A DNA stretch of 60,000 nucleotides. It comes from Squalus acanthias. Taxonomy: Eukaryota. This document shows, one piece after another, positions 35,532 through 49,565 of this stretch. The position numbers were made by a program, and so were the translations under genes. Where the stretch lies: assembly GCA_030390025.1 (NCBI GenBank), contig CM059425.1, forward strand, positions 171,060,001 to 171,120,000. Reading direction: 5' to 3'. The notes beneath the pieces were generated by a model. That model had not been told where the DNA came from, searched no databases, and saw only the letters and a list, made by a program, of their open reading frames with translations. Position 1 is the stretch's first letter; every line of letters begins with the position of its first letter.

Positions 35532-36842
35532 CATGGAGCTGGGGCTACAATGGCATTAATGATGGAAAATACATCCTATGACGTATCCGTGTAATTAGCA
35601 TACATTTGAATATGCCCACCCATTCTTGAGTGGATATATTCAAAGTCCGCTGTCACCTCTGGTTGGAAATTTCTAAAGTAGACCACAGGGATCTAGTGGA
35701 ATTCCCCCCACTCCCAGTAGTAGCATGGAAATTCAACCCCTTTATTATCAATAAAAAATAATTTTTTTAATTAAGCTGTTATCAGAGCGATGAAAGCGGT
35801 TAAGACTATAGTGGACTATCAGCTGACAGTTTATTGCACGAGGTGCCTGGCACTGTAGTAATTACCAGTTGTTTTTAGAAAGCAGAATTCAAGAAAATAC
35901 AGCCCACACTAGGTTACATTGTTCCACCAGCATTTTTTATTAATGAATTGTCTGTCAGCTAACTGAATGTTTTGCTTTGCTTTAAGAACACTGTACCATG
36001 TGCAGCTTGCTGTGGGCTAACAGCACTTTACCACCAAGCTGTGGGCTTTGGATCAGTTACTAATAGAGGAAGATGAATTCCAATCAAGTCACTTTCGCGG
36101 AGAGTAAGGTTTCAATGTAAGACAGTGTTTGGACAAACTGCTTACTCTTAAGGCAATTTCATGTTAAATTTGAGGCAAGCAGCACTCAAACAGAAACCTG
36201 CAATCTCCTCCCCTTTTATGTTTGTTAGTGCAGCACTCTTTTAAAACAAAAATTAAATTAAGAGGCAAATTGAGACCTGGTGGCAATTTGCAAATCTATA
36301 AATTGTGTGTCTGTGGTGCCGGTGGGTTTTCAGAAGTCTCCAGTTATGTTTTGTTAGCACTGTCAACAGGAGGAGAACAGTGCATCAGCCATCCTTCAAT
36401 GTAAAATTATTGTTTAAAAAAAACTGACTGTAGTCAAGTCAGTCACACCAAAGTTTTTCACTAGTTTCAAAGAGATCTGGATTTTCTGACTGCCCCCAGC
36501 CAATTTTTCAGCAGATCGGGGCAAGTGGGGGGGGGGGGGGGGGTGCGTGTTGGGCGATTGCTCGGAGATGCACTGCGCCCTGTCCCTGTCTTGCTGTGCA
36601 TCACCTGCACCCCGGGTCTACCACACCCCGGGATTGCACAGGCCCAAAAGGTGAGTGCACCATTTAAAAAACATTTTTTAAATCTGTTTTACAGGCAGCG
36701 TGGAGGTGTACGCAGGCATGTTAAAATTAAATGCAAATGAGAGCAATACATCCTCCAACTCATCTCCCTACATTTGCGCCACTTCTACACTGGACACTAG
36801 GGAGGGAAGCCCGTGAATTCTTTTGTGGCTTCAGAGGTAGCT

Positions 36843-37246
36843 ATTCATTTCGGTGTTGCTGACAAGGCCACATTTATTGCTCATCCCTAGTTGCCGTGAG
36901 AAAGTGGTGATGGGCCGCCTTCTTGAACCACTGCAGTCCATTTTGTGGTGGTTTGATGCAACCGAGTGCTTTGCTAGGCCACTTCAGAGGCCACCACATT
37001 GGAGTGTGACTGGAGTCATATATAGGCCAGACCGAGTAAGGACGAGTGAACCAGTTGTGTTTTTACAAAAATCCCGCAGCTTCGTGATCACTTTTACTGA
37101 TGGCAGCTTTTTATTTCCAGATTCTTTTCTAAACTGAATTCAAATTCTCAAACTGCCGTGGTGGGATTTGAACTCACGTTCTCCGGATTATTAATCCAGG
37201 CCTCTGGATTATTGGTCAGTAACATAACCGCTACACTACCGCACCC
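36843..37246 (-). mobile_element. SINE family A copy, within a probable old MITE (about 36475-37480)
   Basis: Reverse complement of 491-913 with intact A and B boxes. Confidence 0.8.
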
Positions 37247-38349
37247 ATGCATTGCACAGGCCCAAAAGGTGAGTGCACCATTTAAAAATGTTTTTTTATT
37301 AAAATCTCTTTTAAACGCAGCATGAAGGTTGTCTGTAGCGCTTTGGCAGAATTCCACAATAGAAGCCACTTCAGATGACTGCGAGGTCAGAAGATCAGCC
37401 AGAATCAGGGGCGCATCTCTGTGATAGGCAGAAGTCTTACCCTGCCAGAGATGAGCACCAACTAAGCTGAAAATCTAGGCTGTTAAGTTTAGATCTCTGA
37501 AATGATTCCAAGCCATGTTATTCTGAAGTTTATCCCAGTTTATCATGGTAATCACTGGATATTCTGGAATGAGACCTGTTTATAGTCAGCAATCATGCCT
37601 TAAATCAATGTTAAAACTGCATTATTGTACAAATAAAAATGGACTCCCACTGCTGCTGGCATTTGTGATATCCCTGAATTGGCCCCTGTCTACACGTCCT
37701 TTCAAGAATAATTGATTGTTTTCTGAAAAGATGCAGAGCTGTATTTACAATTCAAGACTACAACAACAAACAAAATTAGATATTTCCTAGTTCTTTATCT
37801 TCTTTTTCGTCTTACACAAACTGGGTAAACTTTGACCATATTTCTAAATGTAGCTTCCTGCAGCCTGAAAGGATCACAAAGTCTGTTGGAACAAGGAGGG
37901 TAAGGCAGAGACTGGCTGTTGTACTGGCTAAATAATTGCAGGAGTTGCAAATCAGAACTGCAGATATGTTTGTTTATAAAACCAGCAGGAGAGCACAAAG
38001 CAGACACACATATGTATACAAGGCATGGATACAGCGAGTGATGCAGACCCAGCTATTTAATCCCTATTTCTACAACAGAAGTTAACTGAATTAGGCTCCG
38101 ATTTGCCACAGCGCAGTCTACCATCTCTCAGTGAGGAAGCCCATTCTTGAGTGACATTCACAAACGTGTTAGGGTGAATGTTATTAGATTTGTTTCATTG
38201 CCTGGGGTTGGGAGCTGTTCAGCCTCCTGGCAGGTTAATAATGGGACAATTTTGGTGCCAATTATGTTCATGTCAATGCAGTGGACTGCTGTACCCTTGC
38301 GACCAAAGAGGACTGCAGATAAATGCAAGTTGGTGTTGTAGTTACATAG

Positions 38350-38630
38350 GAAATCCCAACTTACATCGAGTCTCATTCACCCGTTACCTCTGTGCTAACT
38401 GACCTACATTGGCTCCCGGTCCAGCAACACCACAATTTTAAAATTCTCATCCTTGTCTTCAAATCCCTCCATGACCTCACCTCTCCCTATCTCTGTAACT
38501 TCCTCCAGGCCTACAATCCTCCGAGAACACAGCGTTCCTCCAACTCTGGCCTCTTGTGCATCTCCCATTTTCATCGCCCCACTATTGGCGGCCATGCCTT
38601 CAGCAGATTAGGCCTTAAGCTCCCTAAATT
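38350..38630 (+). mobile_element. L2 fragment
   Basis: LTDLHWLPVQQ..FKILILVFKSLHDL..YL..YNPPR..RSSNSGLL..GGHAFS. Confidence 0.8.
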
Positions 38631-39611
38631 ATAGTAAAGTGCAGTCGTGATATTCCCCCATGCCAAAATGACACAGGTTGCCGATAAAAATATGCTAATC
38701 ACCCTGACGCCGGGATTTTGGATGCATCCATGAGATGGGAGGAAATGTAATTCCACCCAGCTGCACCCTAGGAGGCTGCCACAGGGATTTCCAGGCCCTC
38801 GTGTTTTATATAAAAAGCCAACAGGATAGGCCCAAACATAACAGCTAGAAGAAGAATTTTCAGACTTTGCACTCCCAGCAGACAGACTTCCTTGGCAGCA
38901 AGATATATTGAAAATTCGCGCACCACTACACATGATTGGAAATGAGTGCTCCACACATGCCCGGATTTCCAATTTGCGTTCCTGCTGGGCAAGCCTCCCT
39001 ACCAGCAGTGTAAAGTCAGATAATAACTTCTATTCACCAATAAACTGAAAGTGTAAACATTGAAGTGAAAATGTCATGTAGCGTCCTGTATCACCTCCAG
39101 TATAATGTACAATTTCAAGGGAAATTCATGCAAAGTAAAAAAGAAAAAGTGGACTGTGTCCATACTTTATTTGATTTTAAAGTAATATAAGAAATTTTGT
39201 CTGGAACAAATGGAGCTTCAGCATAAATGAGGTTAAGATTAGCAGAGAGTCTAATTTACTTTTTGCATTATCATTACAATGAATAACTGTAACTAGGGAG
39301 AATTTTCCTTTCTACTCAAATAAATCTAATTATTAGGAAACACTCAAGATATTAGATTCTCAAGTTTTACCTTTGCCATCATTTTGCTGCACTGCAATTT
39401 GATTAATTGCAGTTGTTCCAATATCAATTACTGTGAGAATGCTGTAACTCCCTGCAGAGAAATGATCTTACCACAACCCAGCCGGTAAAACACCCCATGC
39501 ACTGTGGGGACGGAGAAGTGATTTGATCTCTGTGCAGCATAACTGTGAACAGTAAAAGCGATTAAGCCAAACTACAGAGTACTTTAAGGGGGCACGGATG
39601 CCAGTGAAGTT

Positions 39612-40205
39612 TAACAATAACTTTAATTCATATAGCACCTTTAATGTAAAACCAATGTCCCAAGGCGCTTCACAGATAGGAGCAAGAAGGACAGACAGTA
39701 AGGCAGGAAAGCCTCTCCATCTGGAGAGGTGATTGAAAGCTTGGCTGAAGAGATGAGTTTTGAGTAGGTTTTCAAGGAAAAGACAGAGGTGGAGGGGGTT
39801 AGGGAGGAAATTTCTGAAAAATAGGAGCCAGGTGGCTGAAGGTACACCCGCCAATGGTGGAATGAAGGCAGAGGGGCATTCACGTAAGGCAAGTGTTCAG
39901 GGAATGGGGCGTTGATAAAGGGCTAGAGTGGATTGCAGAGGTAGGGTGAAGTGAGTCCACAAAGGGATTTAAAGATGATAAAAGAGAATTTTAAATTTAA
40001 TGCGTTGAGGTTGGGGGAACCAATGTAGGTGAGCAAGACAGGGCTGATGGGTGAGCAGGACAGAATATATGTGACAGAGTTTCGAACAAGTTGGAGTTTA
40101 TGGAGAATGGGAAGCCAGCAAAGAGAGTACTGGAGTGTCAAGGGATGTGACAAGGGCAAGTATAATGGCTTCAGTGGCATTGAGGTTAGGGTAGGTGCAG
40201 AGGCG
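39612..40205 (-). mobile_element. L2 3' fragment, decayed
   Basis: LHKLQLVRNS..SPISPVL..FKSLCGLTSPYL..LLKTHLF; L2 tail at about 39620. Confidence 0.75.
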
Positions 40206-40355
40206 ATCAATATTGCAGCACAGCCCTGTTTGCTTTACTGTCTTTCTACCCACTACCATTACACCAGGGAACTGTTTATGGTATAGTTTAGAACAGCTTA
40301 CAGCAGGCAGTAGCATCTGCCCAAGGTGGTTGCACCATTGCAGTCTGAAGAGTTT

Positions 40356-40799
40356 GTCAGCTGTGGCTCAGTGAGTAGCATTCTCACCTCACTCCAGAGA
40401 CTTGAGCACAAAAATCTAGGCTGACACTCCAGTGCAGTGCTGAGGGAGTGCTGCACTGTCAGAGGTGCCGTCTTTCGGATGAGACGTCAAACCGAGGCCC
40501 CATCTGCTCTCTCAGGTGGACGTAAAAGATCCCATGGCACTATTCGAAGAAGAGCAGCGGAGTTATCCCCGGTGTCCTGGCCAATATTTATCCCTCAATC
40601 AATATCACTAAAAAACAGATTATCTGGTCATTATCACATTGCTGCTTGTGGGAACTTGCTGTGCGCAAATTGGCTGCCACGTTTCCTACATTACAACAGT
40701 GACTACACTTCAAAAAGTACTTCATTGGCTGTAAAGTGCTTTTGGATATCCTGCGGTAGTGAAAGGCGCTATATAAATGTAAATCTGTCTTTCTTTTTT
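40356..40799 (+). mobile_element. DeuSINE (SacSINE1-like), B-box deleted
   Basis: GTCAGCTGTGGCTCAGT head lacking the B-box segment present in the 31884-32331 copy; well-preserved core; tail GAAAGGCGCTATATAAATG. Confidence 0.9.
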
Positions 40800-40879
40800 G
40801 AGGGATCCAGTCTACATACAGAAGCTTCTTTAAGGTCATGCTGTTTGAATTCTTCAAAGATGGTATAAAATTGTTTTCA

Positions 40880-41228
40880 AATCCCTCAAATGGCCTTGCC
40901 CCTCCCTATCTCTAATCTCCTCCAGCCATACAACCCTCCGAGATATCTGCGCTCCTCCAATTTTGGCATCTTGAGCTCCACCATTGGTGGCCGTGCCTTC
41001 AGCTGCCAACACCCTAAGCTCTGGAATACCCTCCCTAAACCTCTCCGCTCTCTATTTCTCTTTCCTCCTTTAAGACGCTCCTTAAAACCTACCTCTTTGA
41101 CCAATCTGCCCTAATATCTCCTTATGTGGCTCAGTGTCAAATTTTGTTTGTTAACGCTCCTGTGAAGCGCCTTGGGATGTTTTGCTACGTTAAAGGTGCT
41201 AGAGTATATAAATGCAAGTTGTTGTTGT
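40880..41228 (+). mobile_element. L2 3' end
   Basis: NLLQPYNPPRYLRSSN..TIGGRAFS..PKLWNTLP; tail GTGAAGCGCCTTGGGATG..ATATAAATGCAAG(TTG)n. Confidence 0.85.
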
Positions 41229-41424
41229 AATCCATGAAGATCAGACTTTGGATTGAGACTCTGTGTGCTGTTAGTGATGAACAGTTGACTTACTTTATTA
41301 ACTTTCAGCTTGCAAGCCAGGAATATTTCTGAAGATAATGTACTCTTTTTAATTTGACAAAACTATAAATTCACTGTGACGATGAATTAAAAGCCAAATT
41401 GTCACTGCTGCAAGATACGCACAA

Positions 41425-41620
41425 GCATACTGGGTATGGGCAAGATTAGGTCTGGCTGTGAAGCCCCCTATGATTGAATAGCTAGTCGACATTCAGCATC
41501 TAGGATCACACATAGTAAACAGATGCTTGGATGGGGCAAAGAGCAGCGAGCACCCCTGAAAGCAAAGCTCAGCACGAATCACCACCTTCAGGAAAGGATG
41601 GGAGAAAATTGGAAAAAAAG
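41425..41620 (+). mobile_element. SINE family B 3' fragment
   Basis: TTGAATAGCTAGTCGACA..CTAGGATCACACAT..CCTTCAGGAAAGGATGGGAGAAAATTGG. Confidence 0.45.
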
Positions 41621-42388
41621 GGCCATAATTGCAGAGAGGGCCTAGAGTATTTGCAGACGTTGCCAGAAGACTGGAAGGCTAAGAGTTACTTGTTACCGTT
41701 AGTGCTCTGTGTTTGCACACACTTCCATCCAATTAGCAAACCCTTTTTCTTCGGAGCACATCCAGAAGGGTCATTTCAGTAATGTGCCTGCCCAGTTTGT
41801 TTAATATTGTTAGACTTACCTTGATTGACAGCCCTGTTGATATGTGAATTGAGATTGATAATGCACCACATTTCTCAAAGGAAGGGAGTGTGTGTCTGTG
41901 CATTGTCATAGTGTAATGAGGAGGCTTTTCTCTCGTTTCATAGATGCTGTGTCTATTGATGTGCAGTGGATGATGTTTAAGGAATCAATCACACTTTATA
42001 TGGGTTGGTTATGTACGAATGAAACTGAGTCGAACATGTGGGCACAATAATTGGGCTTCAACCTGATAACCACGGCTGGTATTAACAAAACACTTACACA
42101 AATTCCTTTGTGCAAGTCCCATTGTCCCGCTGAGAATTCATGGGGTTGAGCAATGAAATTTGTGTGAGTGTTCTGTTAGTACAGGCCGTGACAACACAGA
42201 GACGTTTCTGTCGGACCCAGGAGTAGATCAAAATTGAGCGGCAGATCTTAAAACTTAAAAAAATACAAATAATGCCGCTGACTTGAAAATTCTATGCAGT
42301 TGGGTTAAAGAGTTTTTGAACATATTCCTGAGGAATTCAAAATCAATAGGCTGAATTTGTATGGATGAGAACCATGGAACCCTGTTAT

Positions 42389-42828
42389 ACATAGAAAGAA
42401 ACATAGAAACTAGGAGCAGGAGTAGGCCATTCGGCCCGTTGAGCCTGCTCCACCATTCAATACGATCATGGCTGATCATCCAAATCCAGTACCCTGTCCC
42501 TGCTTTCTCACACAGAATCCCCACATCGAGCCTGCACCTATCCCACCCTATCCCCGTAACCCCACGTATTTAATTCCCCCTAACATATCCCATCCTATCC
42601 CCGTAACCCCACATATTTAATCCCCCCCTAACACTAAGGGTCAATTTATCATAGCCAAATCAACCTAACCCGCACATTTTTGGACTGTGGGAGGAAACCG
42701 GAGCAAACCCACGCAGACACGGGGAGAATGTGCAAACTCCACACAGACAGTCACCCGAGGTCAGATTCGAACCCGGGTCCCTGGCGCTGTGAAGCACCAG
42801 TGCTAACCACTATGCCACCGTGTTGCCC
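42389..42828 (-). mobile_element. HE1-like V-SINE with CR1 tail, full length
   Basis: Minus strand: GGTGGCATAGTGGTTAGC A-box, GGTTCGAATC B-box, V-domain-like GTGTGGAGTTTGCACATTCTCCCCGTGTCTGCGTGGGTTT, CR1 tail and (TTTCTATG)n. Confidence 0.9.
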
Positions 42829-44113
42829 TACACAACAGGACAGGACAGCTGTGCTATACATACACTTGTACATAGACTTACATACAACAGCACATCTATA
42901 GAAGGTGCAAAACACAACTTAATAGCGATTTGCATAGATCAGCACATTACCACTAAGTTGCTGATATCAAAACCAGAAATATATGTGGGTTTTACTGTAC
43001 CTACTCTGAAGACAGCCTTAAACCATTAATCACCAGCATTGACAGGGTCATTAAATAATCTTTTCTAGTTATGTTTGTACACATATTACATCATTAAATT
43101 CAACCACAGCTCTGCAGGAAAAAGGATATTGCAAATGGAACAGTGCCCTGTGCTGCACTATAGTGCTTATCAAGTCCATCACAGCATAAGATTTTCCCAG
43201 GAACCAGTTTGGAAACCAAAACCAGAGATTTCAGGGGGAGCTATTCCTAACCATTGCAGGCAATGAGGCTAGCCAGAAACTCACTGAAGGAGACAATGGG
43301 ACGGATTTTCCTGTCCCCACTCTGCCCACTCACTGGTGCCCAAGGTGCACTGTGTCTGGCCAGGTCTCAGAATGCCAAATTTAGTGGACCGGGCCGTGTA
43401 AATGGACTGGTCACACCCCCTATCCCTTGGTAGGGTGTAGTGCCTGCGAGTGGGGATAGAAAGTCAGCCTGTAACAGTGGCACTGGCTGCCGTGGTCGGG
43501 ACCTTCTAGCTGCTGTCCAGTCCACGGCCCAACATCGCTGAAAGGAAGAAGCTTCCCGGAGGATTGCTGTCTGCTGGGTGCAAGATCCCGGGCCTCCTTC
43601 TTCTGTATGCCAGCGAAACAGTAGGAAAATGAGGTGAGAACAATGAGAATGCTCTCTCCCACTGAACGGAAATGCTGTGTCTTCACCTACTGCAGCTGCT
43701 CTCCCCGTCCCCAGGGAAGCCGCAGTAATCTCGGGGCAGTGAAAAGGGGAAATTTGCTAGATGTTAATGACAAGAAATGGGGCAGAGAGCGATGATGCTG
43801 GGTCTCTGTCCCCTTTACATTGTCGTGGGTCCAGGCCTTTCCCCTAGGCAGGGTGCAGAGTGCCAGCCCCTGCAATAGATGCAGGCAGTGTCTGCATGTA
43901 AATAAGGCAGGTAGGGGCATTGCCACCCTTGCACCTCATTTACCTGTAGATTTGTCGGAGGATCAGATTTGCCTCCCCTACTTCCAAGTGCTAGGGCCTT
44001 TAGCATGAGTGCAACCAGACCATGGAAAGGATACAGCCAACCCAAATTCAAGTGTACTGGGGCCTGTACAGGCACAGTGTACTTTGAGCATAAATACATA
44101 GGTGTATCACAGC

Positions 44114-44488
44114 GGAGGTACGGTAGCATAGTGGTTATGTTACTGGACTAGTAATCCAGAGGCCTGGACTAATGAGCTGGTAGACGTGAGTTCAAATCCC
44201 ACCACAGGAAGCTGGCGAATTTAAATTCAATTAAATAAATCTAGTATTAGTGATAGTGACCATGAAACTACCGGATTGTCGTAAAAACTAATGTCCTTTA
44301 GGAAGGAAATCTGCCGTCCTTACCTGGTCTGGCCTATACGTGACTCCAGACCCACAGCAATGTGGTTGACTCTTAACTGCCCTCTGCGGTTCAAGAAGGC
44401 AGCTCACCACCACCTTCTCAAGGGCAATTTGGGATGGGCAATAAATGCCAGCCTTGCCAGCAACACCCACATGAACAAATAAAAAAAA
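44114..44488 (+). mobile_element. SINE family A copy
   Basis: Colinear with 491-913, with internal deletions. Confidence 0.85.
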
Positions 44489-47400
44489 GAGAAACAAGCC
44501 AATCAGTTTGTTTCTGCATTTACCCTCCACATGAGCAAATAGTCCTATTCACTTTTGTTCCCATATCTCTGTCTCCTTTTCCTTCATCCACCTATCTGAT
44601 CTAATTTTAATTTTGACATTTCTGCCTTAACCACTAACCCTGGAAGTGAATTCCACAGCATCACAGCACTTTGTGCAAAGAAGTTTCTCCTGCTCTGTTC
44701 CAAATCTCTTACTGCGCTTATCCAGCACTTGGGCAGACCGGGGGGGCAAATACTTCGGCCCAATCATGTTTCGTGTCTGCTGTTCCCATTTTCATGAAGA
44801 TCAGACCTCATTAATCCTTTTGGCTGTTTTTTTTTATCAACATAACTCCCAGACAGCATAGAAAAAGACCACTTAAAATTTGCAAAAGGATACCTCCTCC
44901 AAACACACAGACAGACAGAGACACCCCACCCCCGCTCTGGAGTTAGTTGTCAGACCTCTTCTGATTAATGTTAGCTCTCCAACCTGGGCTGTATGTGGTC
45001 TGGAAGAGTGCCATCTTTTCCTGTATAAACTAACTGTCAATAATAAATAGCAATGAAACAGACAGTATTTTTGTTAGCAAAATAGCACTGCAATTATTAC
45101 CTCCATAGACCGAATTTAGTTTTTGAAGCACATCAGAAAATAAACAGGAAGATGTTTAAAGCTACACTGCAACATACAGGAACATCCCGGTAAATACCAA
45201 ATGGGAACTGGAAGTTCTGTATTAAAATTAAATGCATACTTGATTATAACAATGTTCTTTTCTCAGTTGCATTTAATTGCATATCATTGGAAATTCACTG
45301 AGTTGTAGTTAGCAGGCATATATCTATTATATATCAAAAATGGTAAATGCCTCTGCTACAGCATCAGAAGAGGCGGTCGGGCATTTAAACAAGTAAAAGA
45401 GCCCCGAAGATCAGCAGAGCCCCAGCCTTGTAGGTGTAGGCCTCAGCAAAACAAAGGCCTATGCAGGTAAGTGAGCAGGGGATTATATGGAGGGAGAGGG
45501 CCTAGTAAAGGCTGACCTCAGGATTACTGCCACCTTCCACATGGTTGTCTTCAGAAGCAGTAGTAACTGGGGTAGATGGGAGACCCAGCCCTACTCCTCC
45601 CTTTCTCCCCCGCCAACATCAGCATGGAGCGAGTGGGGAAGGCGCTGGCAACTGCAGGGGTGAAGGGAGGGAAATTTGAGGTTGGAGCGGTGAGGTGGGA
45701 GTAGACCTCATTCTGCACTGTCGTTCGGCCCCACTTCAGGGAGGATTGCGGAGGATCCAGCTCTTATCTTAGGAACAAACCTGGAGAATTTGGTGCCTGT
45801 TCAGAAATAAATAAATCTTGGCAGTAAAGGTGGGCATCTCGCTCGGTTTAAAAAAAAAATCAGGACCTCTTCAATGTTGGAAGAATTAGGGCCTCCTCAT
45901 TCGTTGAAAAATTACAGGTTCTCTTTGCTGAGGTACTTTTCCAAACCCCCTCAAGGTAATTTTCTACTGCACTCCCCCCGCAAAGGGGCTTTTCCAACCC
46001 TCCTCTTGTTGAGACACTTTCCCAACAACCACTCTCCTGCTGAGGTAATTAGTTAATCCTCCCACTTTTTCTTTCCTCCCCATCCCCTATTACCATTCCT
46101 CTTACCCGCTTTGTCCCTCCACCCCATCCTGCCTCTCCCCTATTACCCACTCTCCTTTCTCCCTCATCCCTTTCTACTTTTTCCAACCCCCATTTCCAGC
46201 CCCGCCCCCACTCTCCCTCCTTGCCCCTGCCCATTAACCCTGTTTGACCTGAAGACAGCATTTGGTCTTGACGGCCATGTGCAACATCGCCAAAGATGAA
46301 TTAGTATGTTAAAAATAACATGCAATTGTGGATTGTAAACATTTTATATGCAAGGATTTCCCATTTCTGAGCCCCAGGGTTAAAAATCCCTGGCAAAATG
46401 GAAATTCTGAGTAGCGTAGCCGGCACAAATGAAATTCTGCAGAGCTGTGAGTAACCTTCTAATGCTATAAAGGACCTTTGGACTTCCAGAGGTTTCACAT
46501 TTACTGCGTTATCTTAAGAGCAGAACCACAGCTAGTATTTACACAGGCTCCTTCAGTGATAAAACCCAGCTCCGTCTGGTGAAATCAGCCGGAACACACA
46601 AACAGCATTCTACACTCAATGGAGTAAATAGGGTGCCCGGGTAATCTGTAATGTTTGGAGTAGTACAACGTCTGTTGGAAACAATGAGCTACCATTTTAG
46701 CAGGGCTGAAAAAACTTCACAGAAAATAAGGTTCCAGATAAACTACATCATATACCAGGAGATCATAATTTTCACATATTTTGTGCCCGAATCCATCACA
46801 CCATAATAATTTTTATTTTAAATTACTCAACTTTTCTGATGAGGTAACAATTGGCATTCAAACAGTTCTTGGCATTCAAATCAGACATAGTGTTCAACAA
46901 AACAGAAATAAATTCTGTTTTTAACCTGCCCTCCTTTTAAGTTGTTTTGCAGCAATAACTTATTGGTTATGTTTTTGTGAATTCAAGTGCATTGACAACT
47001 CAGAACAAAATCCAAAGCCTCGTTCCAGTCACCTTGTATCCAAATTACAGAGTGAATTGCTCACCTTGTTTACCCAGCACTGACAAATACAGCTCAAATT
47101 TTACTTGTATCAATGTATCTGTTCGTGTGTCACCCCTGAAATGAGACTTGTCTTTCTCATTAAAATAGGGAGTAAATGTAAGCACAATGACTCACTGAAT
47201 GTCTCCCTAGTCTTCTGAATTATTTGCCTGACAGAGCAGAGAGACAAATGAAGATAAATTAACACTGCATTTTTTTTGGTCAAAAAAATGCAGCTATTAA
47301 AGAGTTTTAAGTACTATTACGCCTGTGTCAGAACTGATGAAGTGTGCATAATTGTGACAAAGCAGAGTGAATCATATTACCATTTTTCGTGCGATTTTCC

Positions 47401-47929
47401 ATTCACCACTCAGGATCCTTGCCATCAATTTGCTATGGTGATATCAGAGAGTTCTGGGTTACTGGGCAAAGTGTGTCATTATAATAAAAAAAAGCATGCA
47501 GAGCAGACATTGAGCTTTAACTTGTTAAAAATAATAGACATTTTAACACTGTCATGTGAAGTCTACTTCTTTAAACAATCCATCAGTGTAATCCTATTAG
47601 GTACAGCACTGTGCTCATGTCTGTGAAGCATTTTTGCACCTAACACTAAACCTGAGACTCTTCCCATCTTTAATGCTGACATTGCTGAGTGACTACAGTA
47701 AAAAAGATTACAGCTTTGTGCACAACACTCTGCTACTAAACTGAAAGTGTTAAACTTATCATCTTTACTGGATGCCTGCAGAAAGATTCTTGTAACGCTC
47801 AAAGGGTTTAAGTAGGCTTATCTGTCATCCCAGGCTTTGTTTTTGTTCTGGGGAAGAATGAAACCTCTTTCTATTGTTATAGTACATACAGACAAGGTGT
47901 AACAGGATTGAATCCCCATGCTCCACAAC

Positions 47930-48740
47930 CTCTCTGCTGTCTGACACGTTCACGGCCTCACTCTCCTCCGCTGTCCATCACCATCACATCGCCCCCTCGT
48001 GGCTCCAGGTATAAATATCCCAATGCAGCCACAACACCCCATCAAATGATTTCTCCTACCATGCCAAAGCACGGGAGCAGCCTCTTCAAGTACTCCGACA
48101 CCTACCTCTAACATCTCTGCCACCACCATAGCTATTGCTACACTTTCTACTGCCTGTCCGACATCAAGACCCATAAAAATTTCCTTCAGCTCATCGGCAA
48201 ACTCAAAACCACCATTTTAGCACCCACCAGCACCTATGTGTTTCTAGCACCAACTCCATCAACCTCCCTGACTTCCCTCTCAAGACTAAATCTGACAGTG
48301 CACAACCTCAGCATCCAGTTGAATTATGAGCAGCGATTTTTTACCCTGTATCCACTCTGCCCAAAACCACATTCCTTGACGTCCAAAACATTGCCCGCTG
48401 TGCCTCTCTCTCCCACTGCTGCCGAAACCCTAATCCATGCCCACACCACCTCAAAGAATGATTTCTCCAACGTCCTCCATGCTAGCCTCCCTTCTTCACA
48501 AACTGAAGCTAATCCAAAACTTCATGGCCCCGAATCCTTTACCTCACCAAGTCCTAGACGCGCATTATCCCCCATTCTTGTCAAATCCCATTGTTTCTCT
48601 TCCCCAGCAAATCGACTTCAAGATCCTTAATCCTTGTCTCCAATTCTTTCCTTAGCCTCACCCCACTTCAGCGATCTTCTCCGGCCATACATTCCTGCAT
48701 GCAGCCTTCATACATCTGCTTCTCGATTGCTGCTTGTTCC
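47930..48740 (+). mobile_element. Old L2 fragment
   Basis: DTYL, CLSDIK, AAETLIHA..SKNDFSN and LHKLKLIQN..QQIDFKIL; heavily frameshifted. Confidence 0.65.
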
Positions 48741-49315
48741 TTATAATAACTCAAAGAACTTGCATTAAATCAAAATTGAGTAATGTGGTCAAGAAGGTTA
48801 GATAATTTGATTATCTTTGGGGTTAGCATGGAATTTCACAATTTTCCTTGTTCAAAGTTTTCTTGTTTATTAACCTCCTTCAGGAGATGAAATAAACTGG
48901 GAAGAGTCCCCAAGAGTGTAAATCATACTTGTTTCCTGAAAAGAACGGCAAATGGACTAAATGGCATTTTCACATTTTGGATTTTCTGATGTTGCCTGCA
49001 GTTACTATGATTTATTCAGCAGAGGACAGATTAATTCGAAATGATGCGATTCTAACGACAGCAGAAGTCAATACACACTGTAGGTCTAAGTGCACTGGAA
49101 TTTGTTTTAGCACTTCAGACCTAGTCTATGTTTTCATCAAATCAATCCAGATCAAATTCCACTTTGGTCAGAATGATCCCAAATAAATCATACAATCCCT
49201 CAGGTTTTATTATGAAGACTGTCTTAAGTTGGGAGCTGTTAAAATGACCCACCCGTTTCTTTGGGGCTGTGAAGTAGGAGAGTCACCTCAAATTAGAATA
49301 AGCAGCTGACGCTGT

Positions 49316-49565
49316 GATAAATTGACCCTTAGTGTTAGGGGGGGATTAAATATGTGGGGTTATGGGGATAGGATGGGATATGTTAGGGGGAATTAAATAC
49401 GTGGGGTTACGGGGGTAGGGTGGGATATGTGTACTGTGGGGATTAAAGCAGGGACAGGGTACTGGACTTGGATGATCAGCCATGATCGTATTGAATGGTG
49501 GAGCAGGCTCGACGGGCCGAATGGCCTACTCCTGCTCCTAGATTCTATGTTTCTATGTTTCTATG
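49316..49565 (+). mobile_element. HE1-like SINE, 5'-truncated
   Basis: Near-identical reverse complement of 42389-42650, ending (TTTCTATG)n. Confidence 0.9.

Noticed and set aside
42760..42828. tRNA gene-like A/B boxes
   Set aside because: This is a SINE head continuing into the V-domain, not a standalone tRNA.
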